Below are positions 14,766 to 24,210 of a DNA stretch of 48,101 nt, one piece after another. Both the position numbers and the translations under genes were made by a program. The stretch is from a virus. Lineage: Duplodnaviria > Caudoviricetes. The notes under the pieces are model-generated. The model saw only the letters and a list, made by a program, of their open reading frames with translations. It was not told the origin of the DNA and ran no database searches. The stretch is taken from IMG/VR virus record IMGVR_UViG_3300031949_000062, positions 1 to 48,101 of that record; one strand, 5' to 3'. Every line of letters begins with the position of its first letter. Within the stretch, counting starts at the first letter, position 1.

Positions 14766-17700
14766 TGCCAACCACACCTAAAAAGAAAGCTGTTCGTCGC
14801 GTTAAACGCGGACCTAATGGTAAACTTATTGTTGTATTCTATGATGCTGATACAGGATACGAACTCACTGATCTTAGTGATTATGAAGTTTTAGATCAGG
14901 GGGCTCTACCTAGTACTACATCATCCGATACAACTGACGCTATTCCTACACCAGCTGGTGGTGGCGGTAGTAGTAATGCTAGTAGCGGTTCTTCTAATTC
15001 TGGTGGTGAACCGTTTGATTGGTATGCTTTTCAAAATAGACCGGGTGCCTCAAGAGGTACAGGTAATATCGTTGAAGACTTAAAGAGAACTTTAACAGAT
15101 TTAACAGGTGTTACTAAACCAGACCCAAAAGCAGCTATAACACCGCCTGCTACATCTCCTGCTACATCTCCTGTTGGATTAACAACTACAAAAAAACTTA
15201 CTGCGCCGGGATATAATAATGCTGGTACTGGTGCAACTTATGATGAAGTTAAGGCTTTTAACACGACTTCTAGTTCTCCTTCTATTCAAACAGAGATTAC
15301 TGGCCCATTTACGGATGTTGACGGTATTCCAGTAATGTTTCAGAATTATTTGAATATTGTTGCTGGGCCTATGACTACAAAATTAATGACAGGCGATTTA
15401 AAAACTAATCTGGTTGATCTACTGCAACGTACACCAGATTCTGTATTTGAACATGCTGCTAAAAAGATAATAGAAACAAACTCAGAACTACCTGAAGATG
15501 AGAGAATGGAATGGTATAAAGTTAGCGCTTTGATATCAATGCCAAAAGGTAATCTTATACAAGCAGTTAAAAATTTACCTGTTGAGAAATTTCAAGAGGC
15601 TCAATTACGCTATGGTAAACCTTACACTAAAACAGAAGTGCAAACAGAAGTTCAAACTGGAACACACGGAAAGATTCCTATTGATAACACTGGTGTAACT
15701 TCTGTTGGTCAATCTAAATATTTTGATAAAAAAGAAGATACTGTATTTGTTCCGAATAAAGGGCCTACGTTTGCTGATGTAGAAAGCTTCAATTCGAAGA
15801 CTACTCCTAGTGGAACTTCTGCTGGTCTTATTAATCCAACAGTTAAAACTCCTGATGGGGTTGCACCATATACTGGTGGAATAACTCCCGGTATTAAGGT
15901 TGCTAGAAACGTTACAATAAGAGATACACCAATGGTTCGTGATCTTCCGTTTAGAGATACAATGGGTGTCGATCTTGCTGCTGTAATGTATGCTGTTGAT
16001 CCTTCTTTAACTGCTGTTATTAATTCTGCTGGACAAGTATCGGTAGCAAATGGTGGGGTAGCTGGTGTTGATAGAATTGGTGTTACTACTGTAAATCATG
16101 ATGTTCGTGGTGTTAAAGGTCAAGAACAATCTTATGCGTTTGACGTACAGTTTTTTGATGCAAATGGTAAACAACAAACTCCTGCTAATAATCCAAAATT
16201 ACTTGGTGAAATTGCTAAATATGCTGTTATCGCTGGTTTTACTCAAACTGGTATGGGTGGTGGTATAGTTCACTTAGGTAAAGACCCTAAAGAAACACCG
16301 GGACAAAGAAAATGGTCCTATCCTGAAGGGACTGCTGTTAATCCTATTATTCTAGATGGTATTAATGCCGGTAAACAAATTGTTGCATCTGGTCAAGCCA
16401 ATGAAATCTATCTTAAGATGGTTACTGCTGTTTCTGCTGAGTCGCCATTAAATGCTCCTTTACCACGACCTGATCCACGAAATGCAGCTCCTATCACTGC
16501 TACAGCAACTGGTAATGCCGCTCTTGGTATTGGGGTTGATGCTAGATTACAAGCTCTTCTAGAACCGTTTAAACAACCTCCGGCAAACGATAGCCTCTTT
16601 CCTAAATTCACTGATCCTTTTGCGCCTTTGTTTGAAACGATTGGTGAGTTCTTTAATCCACAAGAAACAAATGTCTATTCTCCTACAGTTGCTGGTCGTT
16701 CAGATGTAATAAGCGATAATACATTTAACCAAACCAATGCTGCTATTTCTGAAGACCCACTTATTAAAGAAATTATGGATGCTCTTCCAACTGGTACACA
16801 AACACAATTAAATGCTGTTAGACCTGAAGGCTCAGCTAGTGGAATGCCAGCTGCTCCTACTAATATGGTTAGACCTGAAGGACCAATTGGCTCATTACCA
16901 GCAACTCCTACAGATATGGTTCGGCCTTCTGGTTCAATTGGTTCATTACCGGCTGCTCCTATTGGATCACAAAGTCCTGCACAACTTCAACAAAATATGG
17001 GCTTTATGAAGGCTAAAGATAATACTGGTAATACAACTGAAACTTCTGCTTTAACTGGGCCTTATTCTTTGAATGATCCAGATCGTAGAGATAAAGTAAT
17101 TTATACGATTCTTGGAGAGGCTGTAGGAGAAGGAATGGAAGGAATGACAGCCGTAGCAAATGTTATTAAAAACAGAGCATTAAGTGGCGATTATCCTACT
17201 GATCCAAAAGATGTAGTAACTCAAAAAAGACAATTTAGTCCTTGGAATCCTGCTACACAAGGTGGAAATATTGACTCTATAATGGCAGCATATCCACCAA
17301 ATTCAAAAGAATATAAGCAAGCTCTACAAATTGCTGAATTAGTTTTCAGCGGGCAACTACCAGATAATACTGGAAAGTCAGTCTTCTTTCATAGAAGTGA
17401 TTTAACTCCTTATTGGGCTGATGAAGTTCAAAATGAACATTATGGCACAGTTCAAATTGGTAATCATACGTTTTATCCACAATCTGATGTGGGGGCTTTT
17501 TCTGCCAAAGCACCATCTGCAAGTAGCTTAAATAAACCTGCTAGTGGTACAGTTAAAAATGATGCTTATTTTACTGATGATGAGCCAACTAGAGGGTTTA
17601 TGGAGCCAAAAATTATGCAATCTGAAAGCGGACAAGCTGCAAAAGCTGCTGATAAAAATCCTTCAACTTATGTGGCCCCAGCTAGTAGTCAACCTTCATC

Positions 17701-18031
17701 TAGTCCAATCAGTAATACTGGTGTAGCTCAAACTGTATCTAAAGGTATTAGTAAAGCTTCAAATGATAGTAGTAATAAATCTACTTATGTTGAAGGACAA
17801 AATGCTACTGGTACTGGTTTTATGCCAAAATCGTCACCAACCGTTACAAGTCCAACTAAGGTAACTTCTTCTGCTCCAAAACCAGCAACTACTTCTTCTT
17901 CAACTAATACAAGCACATCTGCATCTAAGACAAGTAATACGAGCAAACCAAGTACTACAAGCACATCACCATCTAAGACAAGTAATACTTCAACTTCAGG
18001 TGCTAGATCAAGTGGTATTAATAATGTATAA
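14765..18031 (+). CDS. Large virion-associated protein with SleB/Hydrolase_2-like cell wall hydrolase and possible M15-like peptidase domain
   Basis: TILGEAVGEG..GMTAVANVIKNR..QFSPWN..IGNHTFY; central NHD..AFDVQF..IVHLG; Ser/Thr-rich tail. Confidence 0.78.
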   Translation: MPTTPKKKAVRRVKRGPNGKLIVVFYDADTGYELTDLSDYEVLDQGALPSTTSSDTTDAIPTPAGGGGSSNASSGSSNSGGEPFDWYAFQNRPGASRGTGNIVEDLKRTLTDLTGVTKPDPKAAITPPATSPATSPVGLTTTKKLTAPGYNNAGTGATYDEVKAFNTTSSSPSIQTEITGPFTDVDGIPVMFQNYLNIVAGPMTTKLMTGDLKTNLVDLLQRTPDSVFEHAAKKIIETNSELPEDERMEWYKVSALISMPKGNLIQAVKNLPVEKFQEAQLRYGKPYTKTEVQTEVQTGTHGKIPIDNTGVTSVGQSKYFDKKEDTVFVPNKGPTFADVESFNSKTTPSGTSAGLINPTVKTPDGVAPYTGGITPGIKVARNVTIRDTPMVRDLPFRDTMGVDLAAVMYAVDPSLTAVINSAGQVSVANGGVAGVDRIGVTTVNHDVRGVKGQEQSYAFDVQFFDANGKQQTPANNPKLLGEIAKYAVIAGFTQTGMGGGIVHLGKDPKETPGQRKWSYPEGTAVNPIILDGINAGKQIVASGQANEIYLKMVTAVSAESPLNAPLPRPDPRNAAPITATATGNAALGIGVDARLQALLEPFKQPPANDSLFPKFTDPFAPLFETIGEFFNPQETNVYSPTVAGRSDVISDNTFNQTNAAISEDPLIKEIMDALPTGTQTQLNAVRPEGSASGMPAAPTNMVRPEGPIGSLPATPTDMVRPSGSIGSLPAAPIGSQSPAQLQQNMGFMKAKDNTGNTTETSALTGPYSLNDPDRRDKVIYTILGEAVGEGMEGMTAVANVIKNRALSGDYPTDPKDVVTQKRQFSPWNPATQGGNIDSIMAAYPPNSKEYKQALQIAELVFSGQLPDNTGKSVFFHRSDLTPYWADEVQNEHYGTVQIGNHTFYPQSDVGAFSAKAPSASSLNKPASGTVKNDAYFTDDEPTRGFMEPKIMQSESGQAAKAADKNPSTYVAPASSQPSSSPISNTGVAQTVSKGISKASNDSSNKSTYVEGQNATGTGFMPKSSPTVTSPTKVTSSAPKPATTSSSTNTSTSASKTSNTSKPSTTSTSPSKTSNTSTSGARSSGINNV

Positions 18032-18045
18032 AGGAAAAATTTAAA

Positions 18046-18525
18046 ATGTTATATGAAAGTCCGCATATAAAACCAAAGCCAGCGTTACCATCAACTGGTA
18101 ATACGCAAAGTCAAGTAGCAACTACAAAAACTGCTTCGCCTTTAACTAAAATAAGTAGGCCAGCACAACGTCCAGTAAAGTCAACTCCTATTCCTAGTAT
18201 AAATAAAGGAAATGTTAATTCCATTATTCAAAAGAAACATTTGGGTACTCCACAAACTTCTGTTAATGGGGAAGCTGCAAAAGCTGCTGGTATGGCGAAG
18301 TATAATGCAGCAAAAGCTGCGGGTATGGCAAAATATAATGCAGCAAAGGCTGCGGGTATGGCGAAACATGACGCTGCTAAGACTGCCGCTATGGCTAAGA
18401 ATAAAGCCGCTAGAGACGCTGCTATGGCTAAGAGAGGCACTAGGCCTACTAAGCCAGCGGTTGACCCTGCTACTATAGCAGCTAGAAAAGCCGCCTATTT
18501 AGCAAAACATAAGAATAAAATATAA
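18046..18525 (+). CDS. Basic Ala/Lys-rich repeat protein (histone H1-like composition)
   Basis: AAKAAGMAKYN repeats; very basic. Confidence 0.65.
   Translation: MLYESPHIKPKPALPSTGNTQSQVATTKTASPLTKISRPAQRPVKSTPIPSINKGNVNSIIQKKHLGTPQTSVNGEAAKAAGMAKYNAAKAAGMAKYNAAKAAGMAKHDAAKTAAMAKNKAARDAAMAKRGTRPTKPAVDPATIAARKAAYLAKHKNKI
18274..18438 (+). repeat. 33-bp degenerate tandem coding repeat (~5 units)
   Basis: GCWGCAAARGCTGCKGGTATGGCRAARTATAAT units decaying toward the 3' end. Confidence 0.85.
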
Positions 18526-18536
18526 AAAGTAACTAA

Positions 18537-18749
18537 ATGACTCAACCAAAGTTTAAAAAGAAAAGTTCTGCTGCTCTTAAAACTAAGGAGAAAGAAATGA
18601 ATATGACCCCTTATCCTTTAGCAGAACAGCAATATACTAAAAAGAAAACTACTAGATTACCTAAAAAAGCTGCGCCAACTCCTAATATGGAAGAAGCCCG
18701 CTTAGTTAGAAAAATGTATTTAACTAAAAGAAAGAAAAAGTTAAAGTAA
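18537..18749 (+). CDS. Small highly basic protein
   Basis: 70 aa, Lys-rich. Confidence 0.55.
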   Translation: MTQPKFKKKSSAALKTKEKEMNMTPYPLAEQQYTKKKTTRLPKKAAPTPNMEEARLVRKMYLTKRKKKLK

Positions 18750-18833
18750 ATTTGAAGACTGGCTACCCTTCAACCCTCATATTACATGGTGTAATAGTAG
18801 AGCTACTTGTGGCCCCATAAGGAGAATAAAAAT

Positions 18834-19580
18834 ATGGCTAAATTTCATAAAAATTATGATAATGACGATAATGATCCAGACACAACTAAATCTGTAATGC
18901 AATCACCAGAAGAAACATGGGAAAAACGATATGGTGATCTTCGTCGTCATTCCCAAAAGCAAATTGATGATTTAAAGAAAACAGTAAATGACCTACAAGC
19001 ACAAAATAAAAAGCCAATGGCCAACTTCCCTAAAACTAAAGATGAAGTTGAAGAATGGGCTAGAAGATTTCCTGATGCATATGGTTATGTTAAAAGCTTA
19101 ATTGGTATTGATCTTCAAGAAATTACTTCTTCTATTGAAGAACGTTTTGAACGAATCCAAGAAACCGAGAGCAAAAATAAAAAAGAATCTGCTGAAATTG
19201 AATTATTACGTATCCATCCAGATTTTAATGAATTAAAAGAAGACGATGATTTCATTGCTTGGTTAGATACAAAGTCGCAACGTTCACAAAATGCTCTTTA
19301 TGCGGAAGATGATCCTGTAGCGGCTGCTGAAGTAATTACGATGTATAAGCTTGAAACTGGTTCTGGTAAAAAGTCAAAGAGTACATCTAAAGATGCAGCT
19401 AGAGAGATTAATGTGCGTAATGTTCCAATTGTTCATACTAATCGTGGTGGGGATTTTGATTTTTCTGAATCACAAATTGAGTCTATGAAGTCTTGGGAAT
19501 ATGAAGAACAGGAAGACGATATTGAAAAGGCACGTAGAGCAGGAAGAATATTAATGGATTTAAGTGGAGCCGCTAGATAA
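18834..19580 (+). CDS. Capsid scaffolding protein
   Basis: Acidic coiled-coil with WEKRYGDLRRH and HPDF motifs; upstream of MCP; start at ATG 18834 after AAGGAG. Confidence 0.8.
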   Translation: MAKFHKNYDNDDNDPDTTKSVMQSPEETWEKRYGDLRRHSQKQIDDLKKTVNDLQAQNKKPMANFPKTKDEVEEWARRFPDAYGYVKSLIGIDLQEITSSIEERFERIQETESKNKKESAEIELLRIHPDFNELKEDDDFIAWLDTKSQRSQNALYAEDDPVAAAEVITMYKLETGSGKKSKSTSKDAAREINVRNVPIVHTNRGGDFDFSESQIESMKSWEYEEQEDDIEKARRAGRILMDLSGAAR

Positions 19581-19771
19581 TGAGTATATTTAGAACAAAT
19601 TATAAAAAATTAACTGAAGAAGAAATTCAACATATTGAAGCTATTAAGAATGAAGCTGATAAGTTGTATGCATTAATTAATGGTGAATATAGTAAAAATA
19701 GAGAGACTTCATTAGCTTTAACTAAACTTGAAGAATGTGTAATGTGGGCTGTAAAAGGCTGTACACGATAA
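19580..19771 (+). CDS. Acb2/Tad1-like nucleotide-signal sponge (putative anti-defence protein)
   Basis: Y-K-L-T-E-E...IK...RETSLALTKLEECVMWAVK helical-hairpin signature. Confidence 0.65.
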   Translation: MSIFRTNYKKLTEEEIQHIEAIKNEADKLYALINGEYSKNRETSLALTKLEECVMWAVKGCTR

Positions 19772-19775
19772 TCTA

Positions 19776-19804
19776 TTGACAATATTAATATAATATAGTA
19801 TATA
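19776..19804 (+). promoter_or_regulatory. Putative promoter upstream of the major capsid leader
   Basis: TTGACA-17 bp-TATATA. Confidence 0.5.
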
Positions 19805-20125
19805 TAAGTAATTGGGTGGTATTGGTGTCTGCTCCTTCTAACTGATGCCACCCAAGTTATTAAACTATAAAATAATAATTCACATGCTGTGTGAGTAAAG
19901 GAAACAGTAGCAAACCTTGTTATTATTTTAGTTTTAATACAAATTCGCCCCTATTTAGGATACCGAATATCTTATTTAGACGAACATATTAAATAAAGAC
20001 TACCTTTAAATACATCTAGCCCTAAAACTATAATAATAGTTAAATTAGACTACCTAGTTGTTAAAGCCTCTTATGAATACTGTTCTGTCTCAGACAAAAC
20101 TTTATAAATGGAGGTTTAAACAAAA

Positions 20126-21178
20126 ATGGCATTTGGAAGTGCTCCGGGACATGGTAATTTACCTAATGGTGTATTCAGTCCCACAATTTATTCTAAGAAA
20201 GTCCAAAAGACTTACCGTAAGAAAGCTGTTATTGAAGCTATTACCAATAACGACTACTTCGGTGAAATTTCTGCGTTTGGCGATACTGTAAAGATCATCA
20301 ATGAACCAGAAATCACAATCGTACCATACGCTCGTGGTGCTAAAGTTGTTCCTCAAGACCTAGATGATAGTGACTTCAGTTTAACAGTTGATCGTGCAAA
20401 TTATTTTGCTTTCAAGATTGACGATATTGAAACATCACAATCTCATGTGAATTGGGAAACATTAGCTTCTGATCGTGCTGCGTACAAGATGGCTCAAGCT
20501 ATTGACCGTGACGTACTAGGTTATCTAACTGGTTTTGCAGAAGACACTGGTGCATGGGTTGCTCGTACTGCTGCTGTAGGTTCAAACGCTGAAGCTACTG
20601 CTGATTCAGACGAACTCCTAGCTATTCATAAATTAACAAAAAACGCATTCTCAACTTCTGGTACTAGTACTTTTAGTATTCCAGTTGGAGTTAGTGGTAC
20701 GTATGATGCCACTCCACTTGCCGTTCTTAATCGTATGAAGCGTCTATTAGACGAACAAAATGTTGATGAAGATGGCCGTTGGGTAGTTGTTGATCCAGTA
20801 TTCGTTGAACTATTAAACGATGAAGACTCAAAGCTAATCCAAAATGATTGGGCTGGTGGACAAGACGCTGGTGATATGCTCCGTAATGGTAAAGTATCAC
20901 GTGGTAAGATTCGTGGATTCGATGTTTTCGTTTCTAATAACCTTGTCTCAATTGGTTCTGGTCCTGCGACTGTAACTGCCGATGGTTCAAATACAAACTA
21001 TGGGTTTATTGTTGCTGGAACTACGCCTGCTGTTGCTACGGCGCAACAATTAGTTAAGACAGAAAAACTACGTGCTACTGACACATTTGGTGACATTGTA
21101 CGTGGTATGCATTTGTATGGAAGAAAGATTCTTCGTCCTGAAGCTCTTGTCCGTGCAAAGTGGAATTGGAGTAAGTAA
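20126..21178 (+). CDS. Major capsid protein
   Basis: 350 aa; YFGEISAFGDTVKI, FAFKIDDIE and RGMHLYGRKILRPEAL motifs; GGAGG RBS. Confidence 0.9.
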   Translation: MAFGSAPGHGNLPNGVFSPTIYSKKVQKTYRKKAVIEAITNNDYFGEISAFGDTVKIINEPEITIVPYARGAKVVPQDLDDSDFSLTVDRANYFAFKIDDIETSQSHVNWETLASDRAAYKMAQAIDRDVLGYLTGFAEDTGAWVARTAAVGSNAEATADSDELLAIHKLTKNAFSTSGTSTFSIPVGVSGTYDATPLAVLNRMKRLLDEQNVDEDGRWVVVDPVFVELLNDEDSKLIQNDWAGGQDAGDMLRNGKVSRGKIRGFDVFVSNNLVSIGSGPATVTADGSNTNYGFIVAGTTPAVATAQQLVKTEKLRATDTFGDIVRGMHLYGRKILRPEALVRAKWNWSK

Positions 21179-21180
21179 TA

Positions 21181-21678
21181 ATGGCCACAATTGATCTATC
21201 TCCCGGTGCTGGTGTTGCTAATACTCAACCATCTGTTCATGGTAATCGTTTTGTTACACATTACACAGATGTAGATATTGACCTAGATGAAGCTGAAACT
21301 GAAAAAGGTTCTGCTCTAGCTGCTGCTGATGTTATTCAGGCTCTTGATATTCCTGCTAATAGTGTTGTACTTGCTGCTGGTATTGAAGTATTAACTGTTA
21401 ACTCAGGCTCAACTGTTCTAACTTTTGATCTTGGTGTAACTGGTGGTAACGTAGATAACTTTGTCGATGGTTTTGACGCTGTTGCCGCTGTTGCTGGCGA
21501 TTTCTCTTCACAACCTGCTGACTACGCTCCAGTTGTAGTGGGAAATACAGCAGACACACTAGATGTGTTAATTGCAACACTGACAACTACAAATACTGGT
21601 GGTGTGTTCCGTGTATGGATGATTTGGTGTGATATTAAGGACATTCGTCGTCCCGGTGTAGCACTGCTAAAGAGCTAA
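21181..21678 (+). CDS. Capsid decoration/cement protein (putative)
   Basis: Beta-rich 165 aa immediately after MCP and before the terminator. Confidence 0.65.
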   Translation: MATIDLSPGAGVANTQPSVHGNRFVTHYTDVDIDLDEAETEKGSALAAADVIQALDIPANSVVLAAGIEVLTVNSGSTVLTFDLGVTGGNVDNFVDGFDAVAAVAGDFSSQPADYAPVVVGNTADTLDVLIATLTTTNTGGVFRVWMIWCDIKDIRRPGVALLKS

Positions 21679-21710
21679 TACTAATAACATAGAATAACCA
21701 AACCTATAGG

Positions 21711-21742
21711 GGAGGGGGAATTGTTTCTCTCTCTCCTTTTTA
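21711..21742 (+). terminator. Intrinsic terminator after the capsid genes
   Basis: GGAGGGGGAA stem pairing with the downstream TC-rich arm, then a T run. Confidence 0.7.
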
Positions 21743-21777
21743 TTTTTAAGTAAAAGTTTAAAAAAAGGAAAGTTTAA

Positions 21778-22515
21778 TTGGCTTCAACTGAATACATGAC
21801 ATTAGTGAACCGTGTACTTCGTCGTTTAAACGAAGTAGAGATTGTTCAGGCCGATTTTGCTAGCACGAGAGGGGTGCATTCTCTTGCTAAAGATGCTGTT
21901 AATACAGCAATTAATGAAATTAACTTAATGGAATTTGAATGGCCTTTTAATTCGGCTGCTGGATCACAAGTACTGACTGCTGGAACAGAAGAATATTCAT
22001 TTCCTGCTACACTTAAAGTAATCAAATGGGATTCTTTTCATCTAACTGCTGATGACGCATTAAGTGCATCAGGGCATCCAATTAAATTTATTTCTAGGGA
22101 TCAATGGCATAAGTATTTAAAGAATGATGATGATATAGCAGGCGCAGCTGGTTTAAACGAGCCAGTCTATGTGTTTGAAAAACTAGGCTTTGGTTTTGGT
22201 TTATCTCCATCACCTGATGCTGCTTATACCGTCACATTTGATTATTTTATAGAACCAGTAGAGCTATCTGCATATAATGATACTTCAACAATTTATTCTT
22301 CATATGATGAGGCAATAATTCAAGGAGCTTTAGCTATTATGTATATGCATAGAGATAATGATTCTCAAGCAGCCTCTGCTGATAAAAAATTTAAAGCTAT
22401 TACTGGTCGTATGAGAACTATTTTAATTAATAAAGATGATAGAGTTAGAAGTACAATGATAATTCAACGAAAAGCTAGTGGTGGTATTATCTCTAATGAT
22501 TATTTTAGGTATTAA
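21778..22515 (+). CDS. Head-tail adaptor / tail tubular protein A
   Basis: LVNRVLRRLNEV N-terminus, EWPF; position after capsid genes. Confidence 0.75.
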   Translation: MASTEYMTLVNRVLRRLNEVEIVQADFASTRGVHSLAKDAVNTAINEINLMEFEWPFNSAAGSQVLTAGTEEYSFPATLKVIKWDSFHLTADDALSASGHPIKFISRDQWHKYLKNDDDIAGAAGLNEPVYVFEKLGFGFGLSPSPDAAYTVTFDYFIEPVELSAYNDTSTIYSSYDEAIIQGALAIMYMHRDNDSQAASADKKFKAITGRMRTILINKDDRVRSTMIIQRKASGGIISNDYFRY

Positions 22516-22521
22516 TTAAAG

Positions 22522-24177
22522 ATGCCTGATGAAAAACAATCAGCCCGAATACTTTGTGAAGGTGGATTAGATAGCACTCAAAATCATATCAATCTTTCTG
22601 CTAATAAGCCCGGTTCTGCTACACGATTAGTAAATTATGAGGTTGGCTTAAGTGGTGGTTATCGCAGACTTAATGGCTATGAATTATATGATACTGATTA
22701 TGGAGAAGTTGGTGTTGGTGGAGTAGCGCAAGGTCAAATTCTTGGTATTATTATTTTTGATAATACTGCTACTGGAACTACTCAAATTATGGCGGCTCGT
22801 AGGCAAGTTGCTGCTCCTACTACATATAATTTTTATTTATATACTGTTGGAGTAGGGTGGGTGGCAATTGCAACTGGTTTAACCCATAATTATAGTGCAG
22901 GCGGTTCAACAGTTGATAAACTACGATGGGATGTTGGGAATGATGGTGCTACAAATGTGCTTTGTGTAACTGATGGCATTAATAATGCTTTAATTTATGA
23001 TGGTACAACTTGGGCTTTTATTGATAGTGCGGATACTGGTGCTGCAATGGCGACTGCTGGTGGCGATCAAGCTATTAATGCCCCTGTTGTTTGTTCATTT
23101 TTTGAAAATACATTATTTATTGCTCGTGATGAACGCAACTCTCAAAAAGGTATTGTGGCCTATTCCGCTCCTAATTCTTTTTATGATTTTAAGGCTTCTA
23201 CAGGTGGTGGACAATTAACTCCGGGTATAGAAGTAATACAAATAAAACCATTTCGTGATAGTCTATATATATTTTCTTCTAATGAGATTAAAAAAGCTAT
23301 TGCTGATGAAACATTTGGGTTTCTAACTAAAAACGTTACAAAAAATATTGGTCTAGTAGCAACAGACGCTGTAATTGAAATTGGTGGGGATTTAATATTT
23401 TTAGCTCCTGATGGATTTCGACCTGTAACTGGTACAAATAAAATTGGTGATGTGCAATTAGAATCTCTATCAAAACCAATTCATAAGCTTATTCAAACTC
23501 GGGTAACAGGTAATGCTGGTTTAAACACAAATATAGTTGCAATACGTGGTAAATCTCAATTTAGAGCTTTCTTTAGCGGATCAGCTATAGCCGCAGAAGG
23601 GGCAAAAGGTATTATTGGGGCGCTTAGAACGGCTGATCAAGCTGCTGGGTGGGAATTTGGAGAACTATTAGGTTTTAGATGTTCGTGTATTACCTCTAGA
23701 TATATTAATGCAGAAGAACTAGTACTACATGGAGATTATGATGGAAAGATTTATAAACAAGAATCCGGCAATTCATTAAATGGTTCTCCAATGGTTTCTA
23801 TTTATTCAACTCCCTATCTTGATTTTGGTGATACAGAAGTTAGAAAAGTTAGTGAAAAAGCAACCATATTTTTTTCTGGAGAAGGAAATGTTTCACTGAC
23901 ATTAAATACTTCTTTTGATTGGGGTAGTGAAAACACTATTAATCCAGCAGCCTATACGCTAGAAATTGATTCAACAGTATCAACATACGATGATGATGAT
24001 GCACTATATGATGATGCAAATACGCTTTATGGTGGCTTTTTAACTCCATTTATAGTAAAAGATATTCAAGGAAGCTTTTTCTCTGCTAGATTTACATTAA
24101 CAACTAGTAGTGCAACAGATTATCCTCATACAATTCATGCTCTAATTATTGAGTATGCAGTAAAAGGAAGACGATAA
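22522..24177 (+). CDS. Tail nozzle / tail tubular protein B
   Basis: 551 aa, beta-propeller-like; GGYRRLNGY and GGDLIFLAPDGFR. Confidence 0.75.
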   Translation: MPDEKQSARILCEGGLDSTQNHINLSANKPGSATRLVNYEVGLSGGYRRLNGYELYDTDYGEVGVGGVAQGQILGIIIFDNTATGTTQIMAARRQVAAPTTYNFYLYTVGVGWVAIATGLTHNYSAGGSTVDKLRWDVGNDGATNVLCVTDGINNALIYDGTTWAFIDSADTGAAMATAGGDQAINAPVVCSFFENTLFIARDERNSQKGIVAYSAPNSFYDFKASTGGGQLTPGIEVIQIKPFRDSLYIFSSNEIKKAIADETFGFLTKNVTKNIGLVATDAVIEIGGDLIFLAPDGFRPVTGTNKIGDVQLESLSKPIHKLIQTRVTGNAGLNTNIVAIRGKSQFRAFFSGSAIAAEGAKGIIGALRTADQAAGWEFGELLGFRCSCITSRYINAEELVLHGDYDGKIYKQESGNSLNGSPMVSIYSTPYLDFGDTEVRKVSEKATIFFSGEGNVSLTLNTSFDWGSENTINPAAYTLEIDSTVSTYDDDDALYDDANTLYGGFLTPFIVKDIQGSFFSARFTLTTSSATDYPHTIHALIIEYAVKGRR

Positions 24178-24210
24178 ATAGAATGATTAAATATGAGGTA
24201 AATATCTAAA

